A stretch of DNA of 32,000 nt from Synechococcus sp. A15-28. Lineage in GTDB: Bacteria > Cyanobacteriota > Cyanobacteriia > PCC-6307 > Cyanobiaceae. Of this stretch, positions 31,759 through 32,000 are shown piece by piece; positions within the stretch are counted from its first letter, which is position 1; each line of letters opens with the position of its first letter. Both the position numbers and the translations under genes were made by a program. The notes under the pieces were generated by a model, which was given only the letters and a program-made list of their open reading frames with translations, did no database searches and was not told where the DNA came from. The stretch spans positions 390,001 through 422,000 of the forward strand of contig NZ_CP047931.1 in the NCBI RefSeq assembly GCF_014280175.1, read 5' to 3'.

Positions 31759-31944
31759 TTAGTTGGTGCCAGAGAAATTTCTTTCAAGGAATCTGCGGAA
31801 TAATTTCCACTCTTCTTCTGTGAAAAAGGTGTGGCATTTGATGGCAAGATCAAGGCCACGTTCATTTAGTCTGGGGTTTGGGTTTTTGTTGCTGATTTTG
31901 AGTCTTGGGTCAGTGGATAGATTTTTGGCTTGTTCTGGTAACAT
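31759..31944 (-). CDS. Hypothetical protein (61 aa)
   Basis: ATG ORF in the AT-rich segment that begins right after kpsC. No motif recognised. Confidence 0.3.
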   Translation of the reverse strand: MLPEQAKNLSTDPRLKISNKNPNPRLNERGLDLAIKCHTFFTEEEWKLFRRFLERNFSGTN

Positions 31945-32000
31945 TGCATTAAGTAAGTTCCTAAAATACTGTTGTGGCTGTTGGTTATTGCTTACAAGCT

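Noticed and set aside
1-32000. CRISPR arrays, rRNA genes, IS elements with terminal inverted repeats, and reverse transcriptase or retron or DGR components.
   Set aside because: There are no regularly spaced direct repeats, no rRNA-like conserved strings, and no transposase or RT-like ORFs in any frame of the track.

Overview
This window reads as a compositionally mosaic accessory region. It is most consistent with a hypervariable genomic island of a marine picocyanobacterium (Synechococcus-like). That assignment is inferred from a GC-rich backbone, a DUF1651-like ORF, an NblA-like ORF and many short orphan ORFs with few Shine-Dalgarno sites. It has not been verified by any search.

Four parts are visible:
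1. 1-12.97 kb holds about 25 short, mostly uncharacterised genes. They include a lipoprotein, an ABM monooxygenase-like protein, a secreted cupin, a 2OG-oxygenase-like protein, an NblA-like protein, a metzincin protease and an SDR. Diverged copies of a composite intergenic repeat lie between them, and two unrelated genes share the same terminator plus flank.
2. 13.07-14.30 kb is a GC-rich tyrosine integrase whose catalytic C-terminus lies in another reading frame.
3. 14.9-20.45 kb is an AT-rich block. It carries a translationally coupled operon of an orphan solute-binding lipoprotein, a stand-alone two-TM Cache-like protein and a Cache-HAMP class III adenylate cyclase, plus an AEC-family transporter. 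This operon is my top candidate for an undescribed system.
4. 20.5-31.5 kb is a surface-polysaccharide cluster: divergent kpsC, neuA, three tandem uncharacterised paralogs, a CBS-NeuB-SAF-TIM-barrel fusion and three sulfotransferases. The minus-strand genes are chained mostly by 4-nt start/stop overlaps.

I found no rRNA, tRNA or CRISPR array. All domain calls come from motif reading by eye and need HMM or structure confirmation.
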